Shown piece by piece: positions 20,881-30,916 of a DNA stretch of 64,000 bases; within the stretch, counting starts at the first letter, position 1; each line of letters begins with the position of its first letter. The notes below the pieces were generated by a model. The model ran no database searches, was not told the origin of the DNA, and saw only the letters and a list, made by a program, of their open reading frames with translations. A program made the translations under genes and the position numbers. Origin of the DNA: Treponema sp. (GTDB lineage: Bacteria; Spirochaetota; Spirochaetia; Treponematales; Treponemataceae); NCBI GenBank assembly GCA_016282835.1, contig JAEELR010000068.1:1380-65379 (forward strand). Direction: 5' to 3'.

Positions 20881-22278
20881 ATGGACAGAATTAAAATTAT
20901 TCCTGAATTAAAAAAAGTAAGTGAAATTTTTACAAACGCAGGCTTCGAGGTTTACCTTGTTGGAGGAGCTGTTCGTGATATTCTTTTAGGCAAAAAAAAC
21001 CACGACTATGATTTAACAACAAACGCAACTCCTGAGCAGGTAATGAAGTTATTTAAAAAAGTTATTCCAACAGGTATTGCTCACGGAACTGTAACAATTC
21101 ATATTTTTGGACTAGAACTTGAAACTACAACATTCAGGACAGAAGGAAAATATTCTGACGGAAGACATCCTGATAAAGTCATATACGCAAATTCAATAGA
21201 AGAAGATCTTTCCAGAAGAGACTTTACAATGAACGCAATTGCTGCTGAACTGAAAAGCGGTAAAATTGTAGATCCCTTTAACGGCAAGGCAGATATTAAA
21301 AATAAAACCATAAGGGCTGTAGGAAACGCCTTTGAAAGATTCAATGAAGATGGTTTAAGACCTGTAAGAGCGCTGCGTTTTGCAAGCCAGTTAAACTTTT
21401 CTATTGAAGAAGAAACTTTTAAGGCTATAATCAATCCGCAAATTCTTGCAAGAACAAAAAGTGTAAGTGTAGAAAGATTCCGCGATGAATTTTGTAAAGT
21501 GCTGCAATCTGAAAAACCAAGTGTGGGATTAAAGCTTATGGAAAAGACGGGAATACTTTCTATGTTTATTCCAGAATTTGATAACTGCAGAAACTGTATT
21601 CAAAAAGATTCCAGAGGTTTCCATGAATTTGATGTTGCAGACCATTTACTCTATGCCTGCGACGGTGCACCAAAAGAAAATTTAATCGTAAGGCTTGCAG
21701 CTTTTTATCATGACATTGGAAAGCCTGAAGCAAGATCTATAGAAACAATTGGAGAAGCACAGGCAATTCATTTTTATCAGCACGAAGAAATAAGCGAAAA
21801 AAAATGCATTCAGTCTATGAAACACTTAAAGTTTTCTAATGAACAGATAAGTGAAGTTTCTCTTTTAGTAAAGGAGCATATGTTTCATTACGAAAGTTCC
21901 TGGTCAGAAAAAAGCGTAAGAAGATTTATTATAAGAGTCGGAATTAAAAATATTGAAAACCTCTTTTTATTAAGGCTTGCAGATGTTTACGGCATGCATA
22001 ATCAGAAAGTAGAAGCAACAAGCCCTACTATTAAAAATCTAAATGAATTGAGAGAAAGAATTGAAAAAATTCTAAATGAGCAGAACGCCCTTTCTATAAA
22101 AGATTTAAAAGTAAACGGCAAGGACTTAATTCAAGCAGGAATACCGGCTGGAAAAGTTATGGGCGAAATACTCAATGAACTTTTCGAAGCGGTACTGGAT
22201 TCTCCTTCATTAAATGAAAGAGAAAAATTACTTGAAATAGCAAAAAATATTTACGAGCAGAAATATATTTCTATATAA
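20881..22278 (+). CDS. cca: CCA-adding tRNA nucleotidyltransferase with HD domain
   Basis: VGGAVRD...DYDLTT, TGIAHGTV, RTEGKYSDGRHP loop, EDLSRRDFTMNA, HDIGK; lacks the PAP signature. Confidence 0.88.
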   Translation: MDRIKIIPELKKVSEIFTNAGFEVYLVGGAVRDILLGKKNHDYDLTTNATPEQVMKLFKKVIPTGIAHGTVTIHIFGLELETTTFRTEGKYSDGRHPDKVIYANSIEEDLSRRDFTMNAIAAELKSGKIVDPFNGKADIKNKTIRAVGNAFERFNEDGLRPVRALRFASQLNFSIEEETFKAIINPQILARTKSVSVERFRDEFCKVLQSEKPSVGLKLMEKTGILSMFIPEFDNCRNCIQKDSRGFHEFDVADHLLYACDGAPKENLIVRLAAFYHDIGKPEARSIETIGEAQAIHFYQHEEISEKKCIQSMKHLKFSNEQISEVSLLVKEHMFHYESSWSEKSVRRFIIRVGIKNIENLFLLRLADVYGMHNQKVEATSPTIKNLNELRERIEKILNEQNALSIKDLKVNGKDLIQAGIPAGKVMGEILNELFEAVLDSPSLNEREKLLEIAKNIYEQKYISI

Positions 22279-23374
22279 CCATGTTCATTACCTGTCGAAC
22301 TTCATTCAAAGTCTGAACGGCAATTTCACGGGCTTTTTCTACACCGTTATTTAAAACCTGTGCGATATAATCCGGAGCCTTTTCTAATTCAGCACGTTTT
22401 TGTCTTAAAGGTCTCAATTCTTCGTTCAATACTTCTGTTAAAACTTTCTTGAGTTCTCCACCACCCTTTTCGCCGATTTTTGAAGCGATAGAAACAGGAT
22501 CTTCTTTTGTACATAGCGAAATGAGCATTAAAAGATTTGCTACTTCAGGGCGTGTCTCAGGCTCATAAGTAATAAGGCGCTGAGAATCAGTTTTTGCTTT
22601 GGAAATTAAAGCTGCTGTTTCATCTTCGTTGTTTGAAAGAAATACTGCATTATTTCTGCTTTTACTCATTTTCTGGCTTCCGTCGAGTCCCAGAATACTT
22701 GGTGTTTTTGAAAGAAGTGCCTGTGGCATCGGGAATACAGGTTTTGTGTTTTTACAGAATTTTTTATTGAATCTGCGGGCAATTGTGCGGGTAAGTTCAA
22801 GATGCGGCAACTGATCTTTTCCTACAGGAACAACATTTCCCTTGCAGAACAAAATATCACACGCCTGATGAATCGGATAAGTGTACATTCCGGCGTTTAC
22901 ATTTTTTAAGCCGGCACTTTCAATTTCTTCTTTTACAGTTGGGTTTCGGCTTAATTCAGCATTAGAAACTAAAGTTAAAAAAGGAAGCATCAGCTGATTG
23001 CATTCAGGAATATAACTGTGCGGATAAATAGTTACATTCTGCTCTTCAGGATTTAATCCCGCTGCAAGATAATCTATAACCAGTTCTTTTGTATTCTGAC
23101 TGATTTTATCAAAGGCATCGTGATCAGTTAAAACCTGATAGTCTGCAATTAAAATCATTGTAGGAACACCAAGCTTTGCAAGGCGCACACGATTCTGTAA
23201 GCTGCCAAAGTAATGTCCGATGTGAAGTCTTCCTGTAGGTCTGTCTCCTGTTAAAACTCTATATTTCTGAGGATTTACTGTAATATCTGCTTCAATTTCT
23301 TTTGAACGCTGAACTGCTGCCTCAAAGGTTTTATTTGAATCGTAATCAATTTCTTTAACTGTATCTTCTGCCAT
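22271..23374 (-). CDS. trpS: Tryptophan--tRNA ligase
   Basis: TGDRPTGRLHIGH, VPVGKDQ, KMSKS. Confidence 0.96.
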   Translation of the reverse strand: MAEDTVKEIDYDSNKTFEAAVQRSKEIEADITVNPQKYRVLTGDRPTGRLHIGHYFGSLQNRVRLAKLGVPTMILIADYQVLTDHDAFDKISQNTKELVIDYLAAGLNPEEQNVTIYPHSYIPECNQLMLPFLTLVSNAELSRNPTVKEEIESAGLKNVNAGMYTYPIHQACDILFCKGNVVPVGKDQLPHLELTRTIARRFNKKFCKNTKPVFPMPQALLSKTPSILGLDGSQKMSKSRNNAVFLSNNEDETAALISKAKTDSQRLITYEPETRPEVANLLMLISLCTKEDPVSIASKIGEKGGGELKKVLTEVLNEELRPLRQKRAELEKAPDYIAQVLNNGVEKAREIAVQTLNEVRQVMNMVI

Positions 23375-23551
23375 AATTTTTCTCCATAAAAATTTCTCTA
23401 TAAATTATCATAGGTAAAATAAAATCTCAATGGACTAAGTTAAAATGACAGGGGTTCTATACAATAAGAAAAAATAAAATTCTGTATACGATTGAAAAAT
23501 ATATGTAAATCTCTAAAATATGAGAAAGAACTTTTTACAGGAAGTATAAAA

Positions 23552-24700
23552 ATGCGTGCTACAAAAGCAATAATCCATTTGAATAATCTTGAACACAATA
23601 TTTTGGAATTAAGAAAAAATATAAACAAAGACACAAAAATTTGCGTAGCTGTAAAGGCAGATTCTTATGGACATGGTGCTGTAGAATGTTCAAAACGACT
23701 TGAAAAAATTGGTGTAGATTTTTTAGCAGTAGCCGCTGTTGAAGAAGGAATGGAATTAAGGGAAAATAATATTACCATTCCAATACTCATGTTGAGTTTA
23801 TGCACGCCTGAAGAAATTCCACTTGCTGTAAAATATAAAATCACACCCTTTGTATTTGATAAAGAATACATCCAGCTTTTTGCAGATGAAGTAAAAAGAC
23901 AGAACATAAAGAACTATCCTGTTCATCTTGCTGTTGATTCAGGCATGGGTAGAATCGGCTGCTACAAAGAAGAAGCTGGTGAGCTTGCAAAATATATTTC
24001 CTGCACAGAGGTTTTAGACCTTGAAGGAGTATGTACACACTTTGCAGTAAGCGATTGCTGTGATTGTGAAAGCAATAAATTTTCAAAGAGGCAGTTAGAC
24101 TATTTTCTGGAAGCTGTTGAAAATATTAGAAAAGAAGGAATTGAACCTGGCATTTTACATGCTTCAAGCAGTGCAGCTTTTATAAATGTTAAAGGCTCTG
24201 AACTGAACATGATTCGTCCTGGCATTGTTGCCTATGGATATTATGCAGGAGATGTGAATAAAAAATTCTTAGAAGAAAACAATATAAAGCTTGAGCTGAA
24301 ACCTGTCATGACTTTTGAAACACAGGTGAGCATTATACGCAATTTTGAAAAAGAGCAGAGTGTTGGCTATGGAAGAACATGGAAAGCAAATGGAAAAACT
24401 AAAATTGCTGTTCTTACCGCAGGCTATGCAGACGGGCTTCTTAGAAAATTTGCTCCATTCCTGGAAGTTGCCATTAACGGAAAGAATTATCCTGTAAGAG
24501 GAAGAATCTGTATGGACCAGTGCATGGTAGAAATTGGAAACGACAGTGATGTAAAACGCTGGGACAAAGCAGTTATTTTCGGCTTAAAGGAAGACGGCGC
24601 TTTGCAAACTGCTCAGGATATAGCTGATAAAGCCGGAACTATTTCTTACGAGGTTACTTCACTTATTACAAAACGTGTTGAACGCGAATACATTGAATAG
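23552..24700 (+). CDS. alr: Alanine racemase
   Basis: AVKADSYGHG (PLP lysine), DSGMGRIG, RPGI, GYADG, GRICMDQ; start placed at ATG 23552 (MRATKA). Confidence 0.95.
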   Translation: MRATKAIIHLNNLEHNILELRKNINKDTKICVAVKADSYGHGAVECSKRLEKIGVDFLAVAAVEEGMELRENNITIPILMLSLCTPEEIPLAVKYKITPFVFDKEYIQLFADEVKRQNIKNYPVHLAVDSGMGRIGCYKEEAGELAKYISCTEVLDLEGVCTHFAVSDCCDCESNKFSKRQLDYFLEAVENIRKEGIEPGILHASSSAAFINVKGSELNMIRPGIVAYGYYAGDVNKKFLEENNIKLELKPVMTFETQVSIIRNFEKEQSVGYGRTWKANGKTKIAVLTAGYADGLLRKFAPFLEVAINGKNYPVRGRICMDQCMVEIGNDSDVKRWDKAVIFGLKEDGALQTAQDIADKAGTISYEVTSLITKRVEREYIE

Positions 24701-24710
24701 TATTTAATTT

Positions 24711-26084
24711 TTAATTTGAAACACAAAGTTTTGAAAGCAAATATTTTTTTACTTCTGCAACAAGATAAAAGGAACCGGTAACAAGTAAAACTGCATTCTC
24801 TTCATCTGCATCATGCAAAGCTAAAGAAATTGCACGGTAATAATCACTGCAGGAAATATAATGCAATTCATTTTCATCAAAAGCCTTTTTACATCGCTCA
24901 ATGTCACACTCTTTTACATCTCCCGGCTTTGTAAGGATTATGTGTGAAAACTTATTTTTAAATAATGAACTGATTGATTCAACATCCTTATCATAAGCGC
25001 AGGCAAACAGAAGATGAAAATTTTTATTTGAAGAAAAAACTTTATTTAAATTAGACAAAGTATTTTTAATGCTGTTAACTGTGTGGGCACCATCTAAAAT
25101 TAAATACGGAAGATTTTTATAGGCACTCGGACTTTTAATGATTTCAAACCTTCCGCTTAAAGAGGCATTGTTTAATCCCTTCTCGATTACATCTTCACTT
25201 ATATCCGGCAAAACAGTTTTTACAGCTATACTTGCAATTAAAGCATTAGTAGCCTGGAAGTCACCCAAAAGCTTTAACTTTACATTCAACGGTCTCGAAA
25301 ATAAATTTGATGTAAGGCAGACATTCATTCCGTCAACGCTAAAATCATTTATTTTTACAGAGCCACATTCATCTGCAAAAAATATTGGCGCATTCTTTTC
25401 TTCTGCAACTTTTCTGAAAACTTCTTTGACACTTTCTTTTTGAGGCGCAACGATTACTGGAACCTGCGGCTTAATAATTCCTGCTTTTTCGAAGGCAATT
25501 TTTTCTAATGTATCACCCAGGAATTCTGTATGCTCCAGTTCAATTGTATTTATACAGCAGCAAACGGGTGAAAGAACATTGGTTGCATCAAGACGGCCGC
25601 CAAGCCCTGTTTCATATACAGCATATTGAAAGCCTGCATTTTTAAAGCAGACAAATGAAAGCAGAGTCACAAGTTCAAACCAGGTAATTGGTCTTTTTGC
25701 AGGAAGCTCATCATCTACAATGGAATTAACGCCGTTCATTACACTTGATACTGACTGTTCATAAACTGCTTCTGAAAGGTTTCCTTTACAAGTGCCGATT
25801 CTTTCACAGAAATTAATTAAGTGAGGAGAAGTATATAGCCCTGAAGGAAAACCAGCTTCTTCCAGAATTGAAGCAATCATTGCAGAAACAGAGCCTTTTC
25901 CTTTGGAACCTGCTACGTGAAATGATTTAAATGAATTCTGAGGATTAGAAAATTTCTTGCAAAGATAAAACATTGTATCGAGCCAGAAAATATTTTTAAC
26001 TGGAGTTCTTTCAAAGTTTAAGTATTCGTCCACCCATTTAGAGAACACAGACATTGCATCTACATTGTTATTCTTTTTATTCAT
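24711..26084 (-). CDS. folC: Folylpolyglutamate synthase/dihydrofolate synthase
   Basis: HVAGSKGKGS, YTSPHL, ETGLGGRLDATN, EKAGIIK, LDGAHT; start at ATG 26084 after GAAGGA. Confidence 0.93.
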   Translation of the reverse strand: MNKKNNNVDAMSVFSKWVDEYLNFERTPVKNIFWLDTMFYLCKKFSNPQNSFKSFHVAGSKGKGSVSAMIASILEEAGFPSGLYTSPHLINFCERIGTCKGNLSEAVYEQSVSSVMNGVNSIVDDELPAKRPITWFELVTLLSFVCFKNAGFQYAVYETGLGGRLDATNVLSPVCCCINTIELEHTEFLGDTLEKIAFEKAGIIKPQVPVIVAPQKESVKEVFRKVAEEKNAPIFFADECGSVKINDFSVDGMNVCLTSNLFSRPLNVKLKLLGDFQATNALIASIAVKTVLPDISEDVIEKGLNNASLSGRFEIIKSPSAYKNLPYLILDGAHTVNSIKNTLSNLNKVFSSNKNFHLLFACAYDKDVESISSLFKNKFSHIILTKPGDVKECDIERCKKAFDENELHYISCSDYYRAISLALHDADEENAVLLVTGSFYLVAEVKKYLLSKLCVSN

Positions 26085-26988
26085 AAAATCCTTCACCGGA
26101 AAGTTCATTTGCAGTCATTTGACTAATAGAATAAGTATAATTTATTTTCAAAAAAATTTCTTTTTTATTATTATCCAAATCGCTGCCGGCAAAAAAATAT
26201 GGTTTAACGAGATAAGAGGAGTCGGTATTTTTATAAAGCTCAAGAGTCATTGAATTCCCGTTATCAAATTTCTTTGACAGAATATAAGATGAAGGAATAT
26301 CAATTGTCTCTGTGTATATTTTTCCTCGCCTTAAATAATATTCATTTGATTCATTTACAGCAGAATATTTTTGATTAAACAGGAAATCGGGAATTATTTT
26401 TTTATCGCACCAGAACGATAAATCCAATGTTAAGTAAGAAGAAAAAACATCAACTGTTTCATATACATTTGCTTCATCGGAAACAGAAAACACAATTGAT
26501 TTTGAAAGATAATTTACATTACCGAAATTTATTGAAGTAAACGGCTCATAATTTTTATCGTATAAAGTAACTGTAAAAGAGGTTTCATTATCCTCATTAA
26601 CGATTCCATAATTATAATGGGACTTTATGTTTTTAGATTTCAATGTAACTTCATTTACTGCAGCCATTTTTTCTAAAAACGAATCAAGATTTTTTTTATC
26701 TGCAGGAAAGTAAAATTCGCTGTTATCATTTCTGTAATTGAAAAACCATCCGAGAGCTTTTTTTTCAAACAGGAGGTCCTGAGATAAATTATTTTCATTT
26801 GCTTTAAATGAGATAAAGCTCACTTCGCTTAAAGCTGCAGGATTAAGTAAAACTCTCTTTTCAGATTTTACAGACTTTTTGTTAGGAAATAAAATCATTG
26901 CCAAAAGCAAAGAATCAAATACAAGAAGAGAAATAATTATTTTTTTAATTTTCTGACTTACACTTCCATTCATTATAATCTTTCTCAT
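26077..26988 (-). CDS. DUF4340-like membrane-anchored partner of the Gld-type ABC transporter
   Basis: N-terminal TM, PAD...L.....YG motif; typical position after a GldG-like gene. Confidence 0.6.
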   Translation of the reverse strand: MRKIIMNGSVSQKIKKIIISLLVFDSLLLAMILFPNKKSVKSEKRVLLNPAALSEVSFISFKANENNLSQDLLFEKKALGWFFNYRNDNSEFYFPADKKNLDSFLEKMAAVNEVTLKSKNIKSHYNYGIVNEDNETSFTVTLYDKNYEPFTSINFGNVNYLSKSIVFSVSDEANVYETVDVFSSYLTLDLSFWCDKKIIPDFLFNQKYSAVNESNEYYLRRGKIYTETIDIPSSYILSKKFDNGNSMTLELYKNTDSSYLVKPYFFAGSDLDNNKKEIFLKINYTYSISQMTANELSGEGFYE

Positions 26989-26993
26989 TAAAA

Positions 26994-29219
26994 CTATTTA
27001 CGCATTAAATTTTTCCTGATAAAAAACTTTCGCTTAAGATAGAATACTAAATATAGAACTACATAAAACAACAGCGGAATTAAAATGCACAAAAGTAAAA
27101 CCGATTTAGCTTTTGAATAGAATTCAGCAGAATCAACTTTATATAAACTCGTATCAAACTTATTTTTATTTTTTACAGATACAAGTTCACTTTCATTGTT
27201 TAACTCTAAAAGTATATCTTCCAGGAAAGAAAATGAGCGCAAATCTAAGGAAGCTTGACTAGAAGAAAAAGAAACAAGCGTTTTTGTAAAAGCATACTGA
27301 TTGCAATACAAATAAAGCCTTAATTCATTATTTTTTTCTAAACGGCACGAAATAAGCTGTTTACTGTAAGCGGAATTATTTTTTTCGCAGGTAAAGGGAT
27401 TTGTATTATACACACCTTCAATTTTCTTATTTCTCCAGGATTCATTTGATGTATATAAATCCCCCTTCACTGTAAAGCCTTCCATGAGAGAAACTTCATT
27501 ATCAAGCGTTAATGATGAAGGCCAAAACAATGTTAAACCGTTTACAATATTTTTATTTTCAGTATTAGTCCTGGAAGAAATTACGGGCCAGAATGGATAA
27601 GCGACTTTTTCTGTGTTTGGTGCAACTGACTTTCCTGTAGAATCGCTGTCATTATACATTGAAAGCGTAAAGTTCTGTAAATCACACACAAGTCCTTCAT
27701 TAAAATACACGCCAAAAGTATTTAGTGAACGGGCAAAATAATTTTTCTTTTCTTCAACAGACCAGTTTCCTTCAAGCGCTACAGTATAAGGCTGGGTTGC
27801 AACAAAAGCTTTTCCGCCTTCGAGAATAAAATTTTCGAAACGAATGCAGTCGCTACGGGAAAAATTTTGAGTACCACAGACAAAAAGAGGAACCTCTGTA
27901 TCATTGTAGGTAAAGGGCAAAGTCCTTACTTCAACAGAAAAGCCCTGAGATTCAAGATAAGGAATTACATATGAAAGTTCATCATCAAAGCTATAATCGA
28001 GGCCTGAGAGAACGCAAACTTTTCTTACAGAATTATTAACTAAAAGAGAAAGATTTGAATCAAGCTCAAATTCCAAAAGTTCTGATCTCAGTATAAAAGG
28101 AATAATTCTATTCTGGCCCTTATAATTTAATACAATGCAGGAATAAACTTTTTCGCCGGAAGTATTTTTATCGGAATAAGGATTTAATTCTTCGCCATAA
28201 ACACCATAAGCATACAGACGATTTTTTTCTTCATCATCAGGATTTTTTACCGAAAGATATACATTATTTGAAAATGAGCAGAAGCGCTCTAAGTAGTCAC
28301 AGATATTTTTTACCTGAGGATAATAGGTTTTTAACTTAGGACTCAAATAATATGTTACTGATAAAGTTTCATCTGTTTTAGAAAGAAGTTCTTTAGAATA
28401 TTTACTGACAGAATAAACTTTATTTTTTGTAGTATCGAAAGAACAATTAATTTTTGAATTAAGCAGGAACAATAATATAAATGTAAAAAGCGAAACACCT
28501 TTTAAAAGCTTGAAATTCTTATTCTTAAAATCACGGCTTTTGAGAAAAACATTTACGCTTAAAATATAGAAGAATGAAATTGAAATTATAAAAAACAAAA
28601 TGCTTTGAATACTCAATAAACCTTTTGAAAACGAATCAAACTGCCAGGCAAAAGAAAAATAATTTGTAACTTTAGAAAACGGGAAATTCTGAATTACAGA
28701 CGGAAGCAAATGTATATAATTAAAAACAAAAATTCCAGAATACGAAATCAAAAAACTTAAGGCCTTATTTTCAAACTGCAGGAAAATGTAATTTACAAAA
28801 ACACAGGATAAAATAAGGAAAAAAATTAACCCGAAGTATCCGCAGAAAATTTCAGAAAGAGAAAGATTTCCAAAAACGCTAATTCCAAACAGAATCAAAA
28901 AACTTAAAGCTAAAAAGAAAAACAAAAATGTAAGGATAACAAAATTTCTGACCAATACATTCTTAAAGTCAGAAACATTCTCTTTTAATATATAGTTTTT
29001 TTTACAAGGCAAAAGCGAAACTAATGCAGGCAAAAACAGACAGACACTTAATGAAAATGAAGAAAAGAACAAGTTTAAATCTGTTGTTGAAAGCATTGAA
29101 AAAAAATTCTTTACAATAAAAAAATTAATGGCTAGAACAAAATTCATTAGAAAAAGCAAAATACAGGAAAAAGGAGAAATTGCAATAGAATAAAAATATT
29201 TTTTATATAAAGTATTCAT
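26994..29219 (-). CDS. GldF-like permease fused to GldG-like ABC auxiliary component
   Basis: About 6 N-terminal TMs with F.SFSKG, then DTTKNKVYSVS.YS...L, LEFELD, YPFWP, C-terminal TM. Confidence 0.8.
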   Translation of the reverse strand: MNTLYKKYFYSIAISPFSCILLFLMNFVLAINFFIVKNFFSMLSTTDLNLFFSSFSLSVCLFLPALVSLLPCKKNYILKENVSDFKNVLVRNFVILTFLFFFLALSFLILFGISVFGNLSLSEIFCGYFGLIFFLILSCVFVNYIFLQFENKALSFLISYSGIFVFNYIHLLPSVIQNFPFSKVTNYFSFAWQFDSFSKGLLSIQSILFFIISISFFYILSVNVFLKSRDFKNKNFKLLKGVSLFTFILLFLLNSKINCSFDTTKNKVYSVSKYSKELLSKTDETLSVTYYLSPKLKTYYPQVKNICDYLERFCSFSNNVYLSVKNPDDEEKNRLYAYGVYGEELNPYSDKNTSGEKVYSCIVLNYKGQNRIIPFILRSELLEFELDSNLSLLVNNSVRKVCVLSGLDYSFDDELSYVIPYLESQGFSVEVRTLPFTYNDTEVPLFVCGTQNFSRSDCIRFENFILEGGKAFVATQPYTVALEGNWSVEEKKNYFARSLNTFGVYFNEGLVCDLQNFTLSMYNDSDSTGKSVAPNTEKVAYPFWPVISSRTNTENKNIVNGLTLFWPSSLTLDNEVSLMEGFTVKGDLYTSNESWRNKKIEGVYNTNPFTCEKNNSAYSKQLISCRLEKNNELRLYLYCNQYAFTKTLVSFSSSQASLDLRSFSFLEDILLELNNESELVSVKNKNKFDTSLYKVDSAEFYSKAKSVLLLCILIPLLFYVVLYLVFYLKRKFFIRKNLMRK

Positions 29220-29240
29220 TTATAAATCGCCTGTAATTAT

Positions 29241-29960
29241 TTAATCCATTAAAACTATCTTTTTATATGCATCACTAAGATTTTCTGTAGAAGTTTCATT
29301 AAACAAAGCTTCTTTAGTTCCTGAAAAAACATTTGTTCCTTTATCAAGAATATAAAAATAATCACATAATATTTGAGCTTCTTCAAGATTATGTGTAGAA
29401 AGAATCAGTATTTTATGTTTTGCAAGTTCCTTTATTTTTTCACGGAAAGTTAAATTCTGAACTGTATCAAGACCTGAACTGAATTCATCAAGAATTAGTA
29501 CATCACTGTTTTTACACAAGCCTTTTGCAAGATTAACTCTCTGCCTGTAGCCTTTTGAAAGCGAAGAAATCTTTTCATCGAGCACATCATTTAATGAAAG
29601 AAAATCACAAGTCTTATTTACAGCCTCAGCAACTTTATTTTTTTCCACGAAAGACGATGCATAGAAATACAACTCTTCAGTGACTGTAAAATTTTTTGTG
29701 TAATCAAGAGTTTCCGGAACATAACTGCAGACAGAACGAATCGCATTTAAATCCGACTTTCCGCAAACGCTTAAATCTCCTTCATCGCAATAAATCGTTC
29801 CGCTTAAAATCTTAAACAATGTAGATTTTCCGGCACCATTCTGCCCTATAACAGCAGTAACAGTTCCTTCTTTTGCATAAAAATCAAAATCGTGCAGAGC
29901 ATATTTTTTTGAGTTAGAATAAGCTTTTGAAATTTTTTCTGCTTTAATTTCAATCGACAT
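29241..29960 (-). CDS. ABC transporter ATP-binding protein (GldA-like)
   Basis: GQNGAGKS, LSKGYRQR, ILDE, STH. Confidence 0.92.
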   Translation of the reverse strand: MSIEIKAEKISKAYSNSKKYALHDFDFYAKEGTVTAVIGQNGAGKSTLFKILSGTIYCDEGDLSVCGKSDLNAIRSVCSYVPETLDYTKNFTVTEELYFYASSFVEKNKVAEAVNKTCDFLSLNDVLDEKISSLSKGYRQRVNLAKGLCKNSDVLILDEFSSGLDTVQNLTFREKIKELAKHKILILSTHNLEEAQILCDYFYILDKGTNVFSGTKEALFNETSTENLSDAYKKIVLMD

Positions 29961-30876
29961 ACGGAATCTCTATATGCATTCTGTCGCGGGACAATTCAGC
30001 ATTGGGATAAATTTCTTTTGCTTCAGTTAGCAATTGCTTTAACTCATGATCTGTATAGCGGGGACTATAGTGAATAAGGGCCATTCGCTTCGAATTGGAA
30101 TTTTTTGCAATAAGAGCAGCCTGGCTGGATGTCATATGTTTTTTTTCGTGTGCCTGATCTTCACAGTCACGGGCAAACATTCCTTCGCAGATTAAAAGAT
30201 CGCTGTTCTTTACTTCTTTTTCAATTGAAGGCAAATACATTGTATCTGTTACAAAACTGAATTTCCTTCCGCTCCGGCTCTGGCCTAAAACCATTTCAGG
30301 CTTAATTTCTTCACCCTTCGAATTAAGAACAGTTTCACCATGCTGCAGTTTTCCCCACAAAGGACCTTTTGGAACCTGTAAGTTTTCAGCCTTAGAAGTA
30401 TCGAACTCACCCGGTCGATCAAACTCTTCTAAAGTATATCCGTAGCAAACTTTTGTATGCTCTAAAGGAAATGAACGGATGCAAAAATCTTTATTACTGT
30501 ACAAAATACCAGGGCTGTTAAATTCCTTTACAATGATTGGATAATTGATGTACATATCCAAAACTTTTCTGCTTGTTTCTATATATTCAGCAACTTTTGG
30601 CGGACCATAAATGTACAAAGGCTCTGTTCTGTCAACCTGGGCAGTAAGCATTAAAATTCCCGGCAAGCCTGTAACATGGTCTGCATGTGTATGTGAAATA
30701 AAAATTGCACTAATTTTTTTCCATTTTAAATTTAAGCGGCGCAAAGAAACCTGAGTACCTTCCCCGCAGTCGAACAAGAACAGATCGCCGTCGCGTCTTA
30801 ATAAAACAGAGGTTAAATGTCTGTAAGGAAGCGGCATCATCCCACCACAACCTAAAATAAATGCTTCCATATTCAT
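29950..30876 (-). CDS. rnz: Ribonuclease Z
   Basis: FDCGEGTQ, SHTHADH, GP.WGKLQ.G exosite, IHYSPRY. Confidence 0.95.
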   Translation of the reverse strand: MNMEAFILGCGGMMPLPYRHLTSVLLRRDGDLFLFDCGEGTQVSLRRLNLKWKKISAIFISHTHADHVTGLPGILMLTAQVDRTEPLYIYGPPKVAEYIETSRKVLDMYINYPIIVKEFNSPGILYSNKDFCIRSFPLEHTKVCYGYTLEEFDRPGEFDTSKAENLQVPKGPLWGKLQHGETVLNSKGEEIKPEMVLGQSRSGRKFSFVTDTMYLPSIEKEVKNSDLLICEGMFARDCEDQAHEKKHMTSSQAALIAKNSNSKRMALIHYSPRYTDHELKQLLTEAKEIYPNAELSRDRMHIEIPYVD

Positions 30877-30882
30877 AAAGTT

Positions 30883-30911
30883 AATTTACTCTAAATTTCA
30901 TCTATTTACAA
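30883..30911 (-). promoter_or_regulatory. sigma70-type promoter of rnz (leaderless)
   Basis: TTGTAA-17 bp-TAAATT, 6 nt before the ATG. Confidence 0.5.
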
Positions 30912-30916
30912 CTTCA

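Noticed and set aside
22271-22278. Convergent 8-bp overlap of cca and trpS as an antisense system
   Set aside because: Short tail-to-tail overlaps are common in compact genomes and there is no other evidence.
23375-23551. T-box leader upstream of trpS
   Set aside because: The spacer is short, AT-rich and shared with alr, with no T-box consensus or terminator.
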